Below are positions 28,919 to 38,246 of a stretch of DNA of 64,000 nucleotides, one piece after another (positions within the stretch are counted from its first letter, which is position 1; each line of letters begins with the position of its first letter). The translations under genes and the position numbers were made by a program. Origin of the DNA: a virus; the IMG/VR virus record IMGVR_UViG_3300044632_001278; one strand, given 5' to 3'. The notes under the pieces are model-generated. The model was not told where the DNA came from. It saw nothing but the letters and a program-made list of their open reading frames with translations, and made no database searches.

Positions 28919-29662
28919 ATGAAAAGTGGTATATACAAAATTACAAATGTTAAGAATGGCAAGTTTTATATTGGTTCTGCTAAAGATATTGATCGTCGTT
29001 GGTGGGAACATAAAAATGATTTAAAAAAGAATAAACATAAGAATCCTAAATTACAACACGCTTGGGATTTTTACGGGGAAAACAGTTTTGAATTTATTAT
29101 ATTAGAAAATGTAATAGAATGTGAATTGTTTAAACGAGAACAATTTTATTTAGATATGTTTAAACCCTATATGCGTGATATAGGTTATAATATTACCCCA
29201 ACCGCAAGTGGAGGCGATAATTTTACACATAATCCTGATAAAGAAGAAACTCGTCAGTTACTATCTGATATTAATCTAGGAGCTAAAAATCCTATGCACG
29301 GTAAAAAGCATAGTGATGAGGCTAAAGAAAGGCAACGTGATCGTGCTGTAGGACGTTATACTTTGGAGTGGTTTGTTGACAAGTATGGTATTGACAGTGG
29401 TACACTTAAGTACAAGGAGAGAAATGACAAATTGGCTAATCGTAATATTAATTACAGTTATGATAATGGATTAAAAGGCAAAAAGCGTGGTGCTATGAGT
29501 GATGAAATGAAACGTAAGATTAGTGAACAAAAGAGAAATTTTGCGCTTAGAAAGAATGAATTTGTTGATGATTTAAAGAGTGGTAGTTTTACTAACAATG
29601 CATTAAGTGAGAAGTATGGAGTATCATTAACCACGATCAAATTACATAAAAGAAAATATTAG
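28919..29662 (+). CDS. Free-standing GIY-YIG homing endonuclease (NUMOD3-type DNA-binding tail)
   Basis: SGIYKITN...FYIGS, REQFYLD, GYNI, NPMHGKKHSDEAK. Confidence 0.9.
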   Translation: MKSGIYKITNVKNGKFYIGSAKDIDRRWWEHKNDLKKNKHKNPKLQHAWDFYGENSFEFIILENVIECELFKREQFYLDMFKPYMRDIGYNITPTASGGDNFTHNPDKEETRQLLSDINLGAKNPMHGKKHSDEAKERQRDRAVGRYTLEWFVDKYGIDSGTLKYKERNDKLANRNINYSYDNGLKGKKRGAMSDEMKRKISEQKRNFALRKNEFVDDLKSGSFTNNALSEKYGVSLTTIKLHKRKY

Positions 29663-29664
29663 TT

Positions 29665-29913
29665 TTATTTTATTTCCCAAGGAAAATGTCCACTTAAAAT
29701 ACAAACAATCCAAAATTTACATCTACATATAAAACTTACAAAGTATAATCTTATAAGTCCAATTATTACTTTGATCCACATATATTCCCAATGTCTAAAT
29801 TGTTTATTTTGCGTAAATAAATTAATAATAAACAGTTTCGGGTTTGTTTTTACGAATAATAAATCTTCTTTGTATCTGGATTTTACATCCTTTAATGTAA
29901 TATAGTCTTTCAT
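29665..29913 (-). CDS. Small hypothetical, partly hydrophobic protein
   Basis: 82-aa ORF directly downstream of the Mom-like gene. Confidence 0.45.
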   Translation of the reverse strand: MKDYITLKDVKSRYKEDLLFVKTNPKLFIINLFTQNKQFRHWEYMWIKVIIGLIRLYFVSFICRCKFWIVCILSGHFPWEIK

Positions 29914-29917
29914 ATTT

Positions 29918-30691
29918 TTATTCGAAAAATTCGTTGGTAGATGTTACAACGATTTCTTGTACTTCTTCTTTGAACGAAGTATCTTTGGGGTAAGGTAGAA
30001 CTTTATGTTTAAGAGATTTAGTCAACTTTTTATTTTCTATTTTGTTACTGATAAACTTGATATAACGATGTTTACCACTTTCTCGTTTGCGCCAGAATGT
30101 TCTACCAATACGTTCTTTTAGTTTATCTACGCTGTGTGTTTTCCATCTTGAATATACACTTCTGCTGTGTATCCAATCATAGTTAGGAGGACCAACTAAA
30201 CTAACACTATAGTTAGGCATTATAGCGATATCTACATAGTTATCGCCTTGATATAGAAAGCCAGTTGCTTGATAGATTGTGCCTGCGTGTCCAGCTTCAC
30301 TATCCGCATAACTGAGAATACATTTGATGTGGGGATATTCAGTATTTAATAATCTAAAGCTTTCAGCTATACAATAACTTTCTATATTTTTACCATAACC
30401 ATCTGCAATCCACAGTCGTGTTAATTCTAACACATTGTTATTAGTAAGTAGTGAAGAGATACTGGTACTAGCATTTCTACCCACGGCGTTTCCATATACT
30501 AATACACCTATTAATCGTTCGTTAAAACCACCAAAGAATGTACTCTCTACATATTCTTTATAGTATACTCCATAAGCTACAGTACAAAGAGACCACTTGT
30601 GTGTATAATGATTCTTTTCAATAAGAGTTTTTGCAACATTCTTATTGATGCTTTTGATGTAAATTAATGTGGGGTCAAAATACTCCGACAT
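29918..30691 (-). CDS. Mom-like (GNAT-fold) DNA modification protein
   Basis: KNHY, ELTRLW, LSYAD...GHAGTIYQATGFLYQG, KHRY. Confidence 0.75.
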   Translation of the reverse strand: MSEYFDPTLIYIKSINKNVAKTLIEKNHYTHKWSLCTVAYGVYYKEYVESTFFGGFNERLIGVLVYGNAVGRNASTSISSLLTNNNVLELTRLWIADGYGKNIESYCIAESFRLLNTEYPHIKCILSYADSEAGHAGTIYQATGFLYQGDNYVDIAIMPNYSVSLVGPPNYDWIHSRSVYSRWKTHSVDKLKERIGRTFWRKRESGKHRYIKFISNKIENKKLTKSLKHKVLPYPKDTSFKEEVQEIVVTSTNEFFE

Positions 30692-30697
30692 TATTTC

Positions 30698-30725
30698 AGT
30701 ATAACCATATAACTCTAACTGTCAA
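30698..30725 (-). promoter_or_regulatory. Sigma70-type promoter for Mom-like gene
   Basis: Minus strand TTGACA-16 nt-TATACT, 6 nt before ATG. Confidence 0.75.
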
Positions 30726-30728
30726 GAT

Positions 30729-30941
30729 TTATATTATATAAAAAAGACCTTTGGAATTATATACTACAGTTCTAATTTTGGTAGCATTAATCTTATTGAT
30801 ACCAAGTCTATCTATTACTTGAAATGGATCAGGGTGATTATTTATAGGAGCTGCCATAACTCTATCCTTTATTTTGTATACATCCAAGTCTGTATTAACA
30901 ATACTTGGATGATATTGTCTTACTAAAGGCATTGTTCTCAT
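30729..30941 (-). CDS. Small hypothetical protein
   Basis: 70-aa ORF overlapping the cyclase stop codon (ATGA). Confidence 0.5.
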   Translation of the reverse strand: MRTMPLVRQYHPSIVNTDLDVYKIKDRVMAAPINNHPDPFQVIDRLGINKINATKIRTVVYNSKGLFYII

Positions 30942-32713
30942 ACTGGTTTATTTGTTGTTGGTTCTGCTTTCTTTACTCTACTAGATGGAAATGATTTGTT
31001 ACCAAAATCACTACCGTGTAAACTATACAAATGCATAACTACACCGTGTTTTACAACCACATCCCCCAAGTCATTTACTAATACATATGGTGGTCTATCA
31101 TATTTTAACATTACTGCTGAACTAACCAACAAATGATTGCTTTCACCTGCATCCATTACTCTTTGAGCATAGTTGATACCATCACCACTGATATTGAGAT
31201 TGCCATTAATATCTTCCATTGGTATTACAGGTCCACAATGTACACCCATTCTCATTTGTAAATCCGGTCTATCCTTTACTGCTTTAGCTATAGTAACTGC
31301 ACAATTCATTGCATCTTCCAAATAAGTAAAGAATCCCAATACCATACCGTCACCAGTAGGTAATATAATTAACTTTTCAAGCGCATTAGCTGTTTTGTAT
31401 TGCATTGTAGACTTAACCAATGCACCCAAATCTTTACAAGCCTTCTTTTGTTCATCTGTTGTTTTCTTACTATAAGCAACAATATCCATAAAGAATATAT
31501 AACCTTCTTGTTCTACGTCCAATTGCAATCTACCAGATTTGACTTCTACATCAACTTGTTCAACTTTCTTGACAACTTGTTTGACGGGTTTAACAACTTC
31601 TACCTTCTTTTCTTCTTTCTTTTCTACCACTGGAATATCTTTAAGTTTCAAGAAATCTTTCCAGTTAATTTTCTTAGCTGGTGCATCTTTTTTCTTTGGT
31701 TCTTTTGATGCTTGTTCTTCTTCGTGTTTCTTTATTGCAGCTTCTTCACGATTACGTTTTTCAACAAACAATGCAATTTGCTTTTTAACTTCATCTGTGA
31801 TGTATATGTTTACATCTTTTCCACCACCACCAATATCGTGTTTCTTTTTTCTTTGAGCACCTTTGGATTGCAGATATGTTTGCATTTCTACATTACCCGT
31901 CTTAAATGCCAAATCCAACGGAGCAATTTCACCTTTGAAATCTGCACCGTTAACATTCGCACCCAAATGTACCAAAAATTCCACCATATCAACATCGTTA
32001 GCGTTAACGGCATAATGTAGTGGCATCCATCCATTCTTTTCATCTCTGCCATTGATTTTACCATCTTTATCAAAGAACGATTGTACACCTTCAAAATCTC
32101 CTGTTTCTGCGCAGAAATGAATACTAACACCTCCTGCGGATTTAGCACCGTACTTATTCAATAACTTAACAATGTCACCTCTATTGGTATTGGATAGTAC
32201 GTCAATAGGATTATTTTTACCCAAGAAATCTTTCTTGTTAACATCAGCTCCTCTTACAATTAGATATTCAACCAAGTGTTTTTGTCCGTAATTTACTGCA
32301 TAATGTAGTGCGGTCCAACCTTTGCCAGCGTCAACTTCATTGATATCAAATCCCTTGTCTAACATTTCTTCAATAGAAACGATATCACCATTTTTTGCGG
32401 CTAAATGGAAACTACTACCGCTACTGTATTTTGCACCTCTTTGTTGTAGTATTTCTGCGATATTTTTAAAACCTTTTTGTTCAGCTACATCCAGTGCTGT
32501 ATTTTTACTGGTCCAATCTTTACAGTTGGGATCTGCACCGTGATTTAACAGTAGTTTTACGATTTCCACTTGATTTTCTTCTACAGCAACAACCAATGGT
32601 GGATTGCCTGTATCATCGTCTCTTTGATTGACATCTACTTTTTCTTTTTCGATACAGTTGTAGACGTTATCGTATAACCCACGTTTGATGTGGGTAAAAA
32701 TGTTAATAGCCAT
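30938..32713 (-). CDS. Ankyrin-repeat protein fused to class III nucleotidyl (adenylate/guanylate-type) cyclase
   Basis: About 9 ANK repeats (GWTALHYAV, GADVN); C-terminal FMDIVAYS, TGDG, RMGVHCGPV, GDGINYAQRV. Confidence 0.88.
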   Translation of the reverse strand: MAINIFTHIKRGLYDNVYNCIEKEKVDVNQRDDDTGNPPLVVAVEENQVEIVKLLLNHGADPNCKDWTSKNTALDVAEQKGFKNIAEILQQRGAKYSSGSSFHLAAKNGDIVSIEEMLDKGFDINEVDAGKGWTALHYAVNYGQKHLVEYLIVRGADVNKKDFLGKNNPIDVLSNTNRGDIVKLLNKYGAKSAGGVSIHFCAETGDFEGVQSFFDKDGKINGRDEKNGWMPLHYAVNANDVDMVEFLVHLGANVNGADFKGEIAPLDLAFKTGNVEMQTYLQSKGAQRKKKHDIGGGGKDVNIYITDEVKKQIALFVEKRNREEAAIKKHEEEQASKEPKKKDAPAKKINWKDFLKLKDIPVVEKKEEKKVEVVKPVKQVVKKVEQVDVEVKSGRLQLDVEQEGYIFFMDIVAYSKKTTDEQKKACKDLGALVKSTMQYKTANALEKLIILPTGDGMVLGFFTYLEDAMNCAVTIAKAVKDRPDLQMRMGVHCGPVIPMEDINGNLNISGDGINYAQRVMDAGESNHLLVSSAVMLKYDRPPYVLVNDLGDVVVKHGVVMHLYSLHGSDFGNKSFPSSRVKKAEPTTNKPV

Positions 32714-32728
32714 AGTTTAATTAGTAAA

Positions 32729-33106
32729 TTAGTCTTTTTTGAAACGGCTTAAATCCAATTGAGGTAGTGGTTTTTCTATGTTTAGACCAGCTAGTCTTTC
32801 ATTTTGGATAACTAATTTACTTCCGCCTACAACCTTACCATCTACTACGTCATATATGAAAAATACAGTTTTTGTAAGTCCCACACGAACAATTCTGCCG
32901 GGTTTGCCATCAATATATACAACATCATCTTCTTTGTAATCGGACCCAATAAACATAAACAGTGCCGCGGCAAGTTTTTCAATGCTTGATTTAAACATTA
33001 GAATTACTAATCCCGCTACGAACATCCAGACATATTTGCCTGTCATATCTTGTGCGGTTGATTCTAGTACCTGTTGAGATATTACGTGTGCTGTATTTGT
33101 ATCCAT
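32729..33106 (-). CDS. Small membrane protein with MscS-like beta domain
   Basis: TM segment then DDVVYIDGKPGRIVRVGLTKTVF; ATG at 33106 preferred over 33136. Confidence 0.55.
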   Translation of the reverse strand: MDTNTAHVISQQVLESTAQDMTGKYVWMFVAGLVILMFKSSIEKLAAALFMFIGSDYKEDDVVYIDGKPGRIVRVGLTKTVFFIYDVVDGKVVGGSKLVIQNERLAGLNIEKPLPQLDLSRFKKD

Positions 33107-33181
33107 AATCGTCTTTAGTTTATTAACACATAACATTTGTTAACAATCCAAAACAATTATATAATAAATATAAATATTAAT

Positions 33182-34147
33182 TTATTTAATCCACTTTTGT
33201 TCTTTTAGAATATCATCAATCAATTCTTTTTCGGAACTATCCATTTCTTTATCAAATCTTTTCAATACTTCAGTCAATGGATATACTCTATCAGGAGATT
33301 CTTTTTGTTTTTCTTTTAGTTCTTGAATTACATCAACTATTTTAACAAGTGGAGACTTGAATTCATCAACTTTGTCTTTTGAAGCGAAGTTAGCCAATTC
33401 AAATGCATGTGGAGTTAATGCTTTTACCAAACTTAGTAATCCAGAACCAATCATATTAAATATACTAAATGCTGCACCAGCTGCTGGATGTACTGTTGCT
33501 AATATTCTTAATATAACAAATACCACAACAAATATGATAATTGCGGTCATTGCACTAACAAAGAACTTTTTTAAACCCCAAAATACAGCATTAAGACCAA
33601 ACATACCACTCATAGCATCCAAAGTAGCCTTGCTTTGATCAGCTTCTTTTGCAATTTCTTTTGCTTTATCAGTCATTTGCCATAATTCATCGTCATACTT
33701 TTCTTTCAAAGCAGACTTTTCTTTTTGCAATTTGTTTATGATTTCGTCACGTTGTGATAGTAATTGATCACCCTTTTTTCTTTCCTCAGCAACTTGACTG
33801 TTTAATAAATCAACGGTAGCTTTTATACGTTTAATTTCATCTATGTGTGGTGATCCAACTATAGAAATTACACGTTCATTGAGTGATTTAGCAGTATCTA
33901 CTTGTACTGACGGGTTTGTTACTTGACTTAAAGAGTGTTGAATACCTATAGACAAAGACGATGCTTGTACACGTTTGCCTTTTTCTACTTTTTCCAACTC
34001 TACCATCGTATTATCTACTTTGGCTTCTTGTTTAGCAACAGCGTCTTGTGCAGTTGTAACTTGCTTCGCCGGTCTAACTTCAGACGAAATACAACCGGTT
34101 AGTATTAAAATTACGATGGTGTAAAACAGTTGTTTTTTAAAGTTCAT
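33182..34147 (-). CDS. Lipoprotein with coiled coil and C-terminal TM helix (unimolecular spanin-like)
   Basis: Lipobox LTGC at residues 16-19, long helical region, TM FFVSAMTAIIIFVVVFVIL. Confidence 0.6.
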   Translation of the reverse strand: MNFKKQLFYTIVILILTGCISSEVRPAKQVTTAQDAVAKQEAKVDNTMVELEKVEKGKRVQASSLSIGIQHSLSQVTNPSVQVDTAKSLNERVISIVGSPHIDEIKRIKATVDLLNSQVAEERKKGDQLLSQRDEIINKLQKEKSALKEKYDDELWQMTDKAKEIAKEADQSKATLDAMSGMFGLNAVFWGLKKFFVSAMTAIIIFVVVFVILRILATVHPAAGAAFSIFNMIGSGLLSLVKALTPHAFELANFASKDKVDEFKSPLVKIVDVIQELKEKQKESPDRVYPLTEVLKRFDKEMDSSEKELIDDILKEQKWIK

Positions 34148-34192
34148 ATAATATAAATATTATTTTTTATAATAAAACTAATATTTATCAAT

Positions 34193-34801
34193 ATGATCAA
34201 ACTTAATGACTTAATAGAGAACGATTCGTTGTGTCCGATGGCACATCCTAAGAACATAGAACCAGTGATGAGTTCTTATTTACGTTATCATATTGACAAT
34301 AAAATTCCACTTAGCGAAAACATTTTTAGAACCTATAGTGAGTCTTATTTTGATTTAATCGAAGAAGTTCGTACTTTGTATTTTCAAAATTTAATAGAAT
34401 TGTGTGACGCTGACGCTGAATTGGTTGAAAGTGATTTGGGTAAAAAGGCTATATTTGAAGGTAGAGAAGTGTATTTGGATGCGCCTATCGAAGACGAAGA
34501 AGATTTATTGATGGAACTTAAGCATAGAGGACGCACTGTTAATTTAAGTAGACCATTTAGAACACCCGGCGGTCCTAAAAAATATGCTGTATATGTTAAA
34601 TCTAAGAATGGCAAAGTTAAAAAAGTAACATTTGGAGATCCAAATATGAGAAGCAGAGCTAGTAGCAAGGCTCGTCGTAAGAGTTTTGCAGCTAGACACA
34701 GATGTAGTCAAAAGAAAGATAGAACAACGGCTGGATATTGGAGTTGCAGAAGTCATAGAATGAAATCGTTGGGTAATAAAGGTAAAGGTAAATACTGGTA
34801 A
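34193..34801 (+). CDS. Conserved phage basic protein (putative head-internal)
   Basis: MIKLNDLIE start; PGGPKKYAVYV, VTFGDPNM, SFAARHRC, AGYWSC motifs. Confidence 0.7.
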   Translation: MIKLNDLIENDSLCPMAHPKNIEPVMSSYLRYHIDNKIPLSENIFRTYSESYFDLIEEVRTLYFQNLIELCDADAELVESDLGKKAIFEGREVYLDAPIEDEEDLLMELKHRGRTVNLSRPFRTPGGPKKYAVYVKSKNGKVKKVTFGDPNMRSRASSKARRKSFAARHRCSQKKDRTTAGYWSCRSHRMKSLGNKGKGKYW

Positions 34802-35067
34802 TGAGTCTACCGTTTATAGAAAACCCACTGGGTAACAGTCAGTATATAAGAGAATTTAGTTCCGATGTAGCTACTCACGAACTGGAATGGCATATAGATC
34901 GTGAAGACAGAACCGTTGAAGTTATAGAAAATAACAATTGGCACTTTCAATTAGATAATAATTTACCACAATTACTTAAAGAAACAATATTTATACCTAA
35001 AGAAACATACCACCGTGTAATAAAAGGCACAGGTAATCTAAAAGTAAGAATAACAAAACACATATGA
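34801..35067 (+). CDS. Small cupin-like protein
   Basis: EWHIDREDR...FIPKETYHRVIKG cupin-like His pattern. Confidence 0.55.
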   Translation: MSLPFIENPLGNSQYIREFSSDVATHELEWHIDREDRTVEVIENNNWHFQLDNNLPQLLKETIFIPKETYHRVIKGTGNLKVRITKHI

Positions 35068-36383
35068 AATTTATTGATTTATTAACAGAAGTTAAAATGT
35101 ACGAAACACTTGGGTTACCTGATGACAGTATTATCCCACTAGATACGTTTGTATGTGAATGTAAAAATTGCGTAAATCAATCTCTATATGAAGCTATAAA
35201 TGATACCGATAACAATTTAAAGATATGTTTGACTGAAGCGAACAAAAAGGAGCCTATTAGTTTTGAGTTGGCCGAATTAATGAAGAATATTGCCCGAGAC
35301 ACTCAAGGAAGATTAAAACTGTTGAGTGTATTAAACGATCCAAAAACACTGAAGTCTTTCTTAGATGACAAAGGATATTTGACTGCAATTTTATATTTGG
35401 CTCCCTCTGATTCATCAGGTCACGAAGTGTGTCCAAAGAAAAGTCCGGAATGTAACGCTGGTTGTTTGAATTTTGCTGGTAACCCTGCATATCTAAAAGC
35501 AAAATTAGCAGCAAGAGCTAGAAAAACTCGTTGGTTGTTTGGTGACAAATTGACATCTGATGAGATGAAAAATATTCCTACAGATCCAAAAATTATAGAT
35601 AGATTTTATGGCAAAGGTAGACCCGGACCCGAAGGTAAACGTGGTAGAATATTGAATCCAATGCGTCCTGAAGACTTCATTGAAAGATTGCAAATTGAAA
35701 TGGAGTTTTTGAAAAAAGTGGCTGCTAAATACAATTTAAAGTTATCGGTTAGATTAAACGGTACGAGCGATCTTGATTTTCATAAAAAATTGGAAAGTTG
35801 GAAATCTGCAAATCCAGATGTTAAATTTTATGACTATACAGCCGTGTTTAAATGGGCAATGCAAAGTCTTGAAGATCCTTCAAAACCACATATGACTTTT
35901 TCAAGAAAAGAAACTTTACAAAACAATATAGAATGTGAAAAATATTTGAAGGCTGGTGGTAATATTTCCGCAATATTTGATGAATTACCAGAATATTATC
36001 GTGGTTATAAAGTAATTGATGCAGATAGAACCGATTTGAGATTTTTAGACGATAGTGATCGACCAATTGATCCTGATACAGGTAAACCCGTGGGTGTAAT
36101 CGCCGGATTAAAGATGAAGGGATTTAGATTAAAAGACGCATTTGCCTTGGGTATAATACAAAATAAGGGACCAGAAGATACATTCGTAATAAGAACCAAG
36201 GAATTGAGGAAAAGATTTGGAGATAAGTATTTTACACAAAAAATTCATTGGGGTGATCGCGCACCAACAGAGCCAAACAATATTACTGCTAAACAGATCT
36301 ATAAAGATAAAATCAAGAATTATTTAAATAAAATATCAAGTAAATTGAAAGGTACAGCTGATAAAACGGATGAAAAAATATGA
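35064..36383 (+). CDS. Gp88-like Cys-containing phage protein
   Basis: LYLAP, CPKKSPECNAGC, RLNGTSD, FYDYT, DLRFLD, GLKMKG; MKFIDLLTE start. Confidence 0.6.
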   Translation: MKFIDLLTEVKMYETLGLPDDSIIPLDTFVCECKNCVNQSLYEAINDTDNNLKICLTEANKKEPISFELAELMKNIARDTQGRLKLLSVLNDPKTLKSFLDDKGYLTAILYLAPSDSSGHEVCPKKSPECNAGCLNFAGNPAYLKAKLAARARKTRWLFGDKLTSDEMKNIPTDPKIIDRFYGKGRPGPEGKRGRILNPMRPEDFIERLQIEMEFLKKVAAKYNLKLSVRLNGTSDLDFHKKLESWKSANPDVKFYDYTAVFKWAMQSLEDPSKPHMTFSRKETLQNNIECEKYLKAGGNISAIFDELPEYYRGYKVIDADRTDLRFLDDSDRPIDPDTGKPVGVIAGLKMKGFRLKDAFALGIIQNKGPEDTFVIRTKELRKRFGDKYFTQKIHWGDRAPTEPNNITAKQIYKDKIKNYLNKISSKLKGTADKTDEKI

Positions 36384-36440
36384 TATGTGAATTAACAAAT
36401 TATAAACTGTATATTTTTGTTGTTTAGATATTTATAATTA

Positions 36441-37670
36441 ATGAGTGCTAATTTAGATCAAGATAGGGTAAGATGGCCTGGGAGTGGTAGTAGTGTTACT
36501 CAAAACACTGTGCCATTTGGTTATTACTTAAGCGAAAGTTGTAACACAGGATCTGGCGAAACTACTTTTGAAAATGATTGTAGTAGTAGTGCTATGTGGG
36601 CAGCAAAACGTTTGGGTTATCCTATTGTCGATATTGAAATGATCGATGTTAATTTTTATGCCTGTTTTGAAGAATCTGTATTGGAATATAACCGTGTAGT
36701 TAACGAATTCAACATCGTTAATAATATGGTAAATTTACAAGGATTACCACAAAACCAATACAAAAATTTAACAGGTCTAGGAGTAAAAAGTACAGGATTG
36801 CCTTTTATAATTCAATTGAGCAAACAATATGGTGCAGAAGCACTTGTTGGTGGCGAATATGAAGTTAAACGCAATTATATTACTGTCAGTGGCAGTGTTA
36901 ATCCAAGCAGCACACAACAAGTTTATGACTTAAATCAATTGATTGGTAAAGATATTGAACACTTGACAGGCTCTCGTATCGAAGTTAAACGTGTATTTCA
37001 CCAAAGACCGCCAGCAATTGCTCGTATTTATGATCCGTTTAGTATGACTGGTATGAGTTATAGTAACGTACTAACAGAAATGGGATTTAGCGCATACAGT
37101 CCTGCTACACAATTCTTAATGACTCCGATCTTTGAAGACTTGGAACGTGTACAAGCTATTGAGTTTAATGATATGGTTCGTAAAAGCGCATATAGTTTTG
37201 AAATTCTAGGTAATAATAAGTTGAGAATATTTCCAATTCCAACCGACAATTTCAAAGTTTATATAGATTATATAGTTGAAAGTGAACGTGATATTACCAA
37301 CTTTTATAGTGGATCTCGTTATGAATACATTAGCGATCCAAGTGATATACCATACGAATACTGTACATATTGTAAGATAAATCAACCAGGCAAACAGTGG
37401 ATCAAGAAATATTTCTTGGCTTTGTGCAAAGAAACATTGGGACGTATATTACAAAAATATAGTACAGTACCAATTCCAGGTGGCGAAGTAACTCTTGACG
37501 GTGCGGAGTTACGTTCTGAAGCCAAGGAGGAAAAAGACACATTGCTTGATAAATTGAGAGATATGTTGGAAAAAACCTTGCGAGTCAATCAATTGGAAAA
37601 TAAAGGTAAGGAAAGCGAAGAAATGAATAAGATGCTTTCCAGAGTACCACTACACATTTATATAGGATAA
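36441..37670 (+). CDS. Neck/head-tail adaptor (T4 gp13-like)
   Basis: AKRLGYPIVDIE, WIKKYFLALCKE.LG...KY...IPGGEVTLDG. Confidence 0.8.
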   Translation: MSANLDQDRVRWPGSGSSVTQNTVPFGYYLSESCNTGSGETTFENDCSSSAMWAAKRLGYPIVDIEMIDVNFYACFEESVLEYNRVVNEFNIVNNMVNLQGLPQNQYKNLTGLGVKSTGLPFIIQLSKQYGAEALVGGEYEVKRNYITVSGSVNPSSTQQVYDLNQLIGKDIEHLTGSRIEVKRVFHQRPPAIARIYDPFSMTGMSYSNVLTEMGFSAYSPATQFLMTPIFEDLERVQAIEFNDMVRKSAYSFEILGNNKLRIFPIPTDNFKVYIDYIVESERDITNFYSGSRYEYISDPSDIPYEYCTYCKINQPGKQWIKKYFLALCKETLGRILQKYSTVPIPGGEVTLDGAELRSEAKEEKDTLLDKLRDMLEKTLRVNQLENKGKESEEMNKMLSRVPLHIYIG

Positions 37671-37673
37671 TTT

Positions 37674-38243
37674 ATGGCAGCACCTGTATCACCACAATAC
37701 CCTAAACAAAATCCAGCTTTTAAGCAATACTGGACATCTACACGTAAAGATGTGGGTATTTATAACAATAATTATTCTCCCGGTAGATACTTTTCTCCAA
37801 GAGATATAAATTTTTTGGGAAGTGTTAATTCTGAATTAATCGGTGATATAATCGAATGCGTTGTACAAGTATTTAAAATTGCAGCTTATGAAACCAATAC
37901 CAATATCTACGGTGAAAGCAGTAGTGACAAGGGTAAGGTTTTTTACTCTGGTATAGACTTGAGTTGTTTGGTGCAACGTGAAGACATTAACACAGAAAAT
38001 CAAGGATATGGACCTGATAGAAAACAAGATATTGTTTACAGATTTAGAGAACGTGATTGTATTACCACGAACTATTTCCCAGAAATTGGCGATTTGGTGC
38101 TTTACAATGAACGTTATTATGAAATTGATAACGTAGTTCAAGAACAATTCTTGGGTGGTCATCCTGATAAGTCTTGGAGTTTGATTGTTAATACTCATTA
38201 CACAAGACTAAGCAAAATTAACCTAGTAGAAAGACAAACATAA
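37674..38243 (+). CDS. Neck/head closure protein (T4 gp14-like)
   Basis: NIYGES, PEIGDLV...YYEIDNV; synteny after gp13-like gene. Confidence 0.7.
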   Translation: MAAPVSPQYPKQNPAFKQYWTSTRKDVGIYNNNYSPGRYFSPRDINFLGSVNSELIGDIIECVVQVFKIAAYETNTNIYGESSSDKGKVFYSGIDLSCLVQREDINTENQGYGPDRKQDIVYRFRERDCITTNYFPEIGDLVLYNERYYEIDNVVQEQFLGGHPDKSWSLIVNTHYTRLSKINLVERQT

Positions 38244-38246
38244 TTT

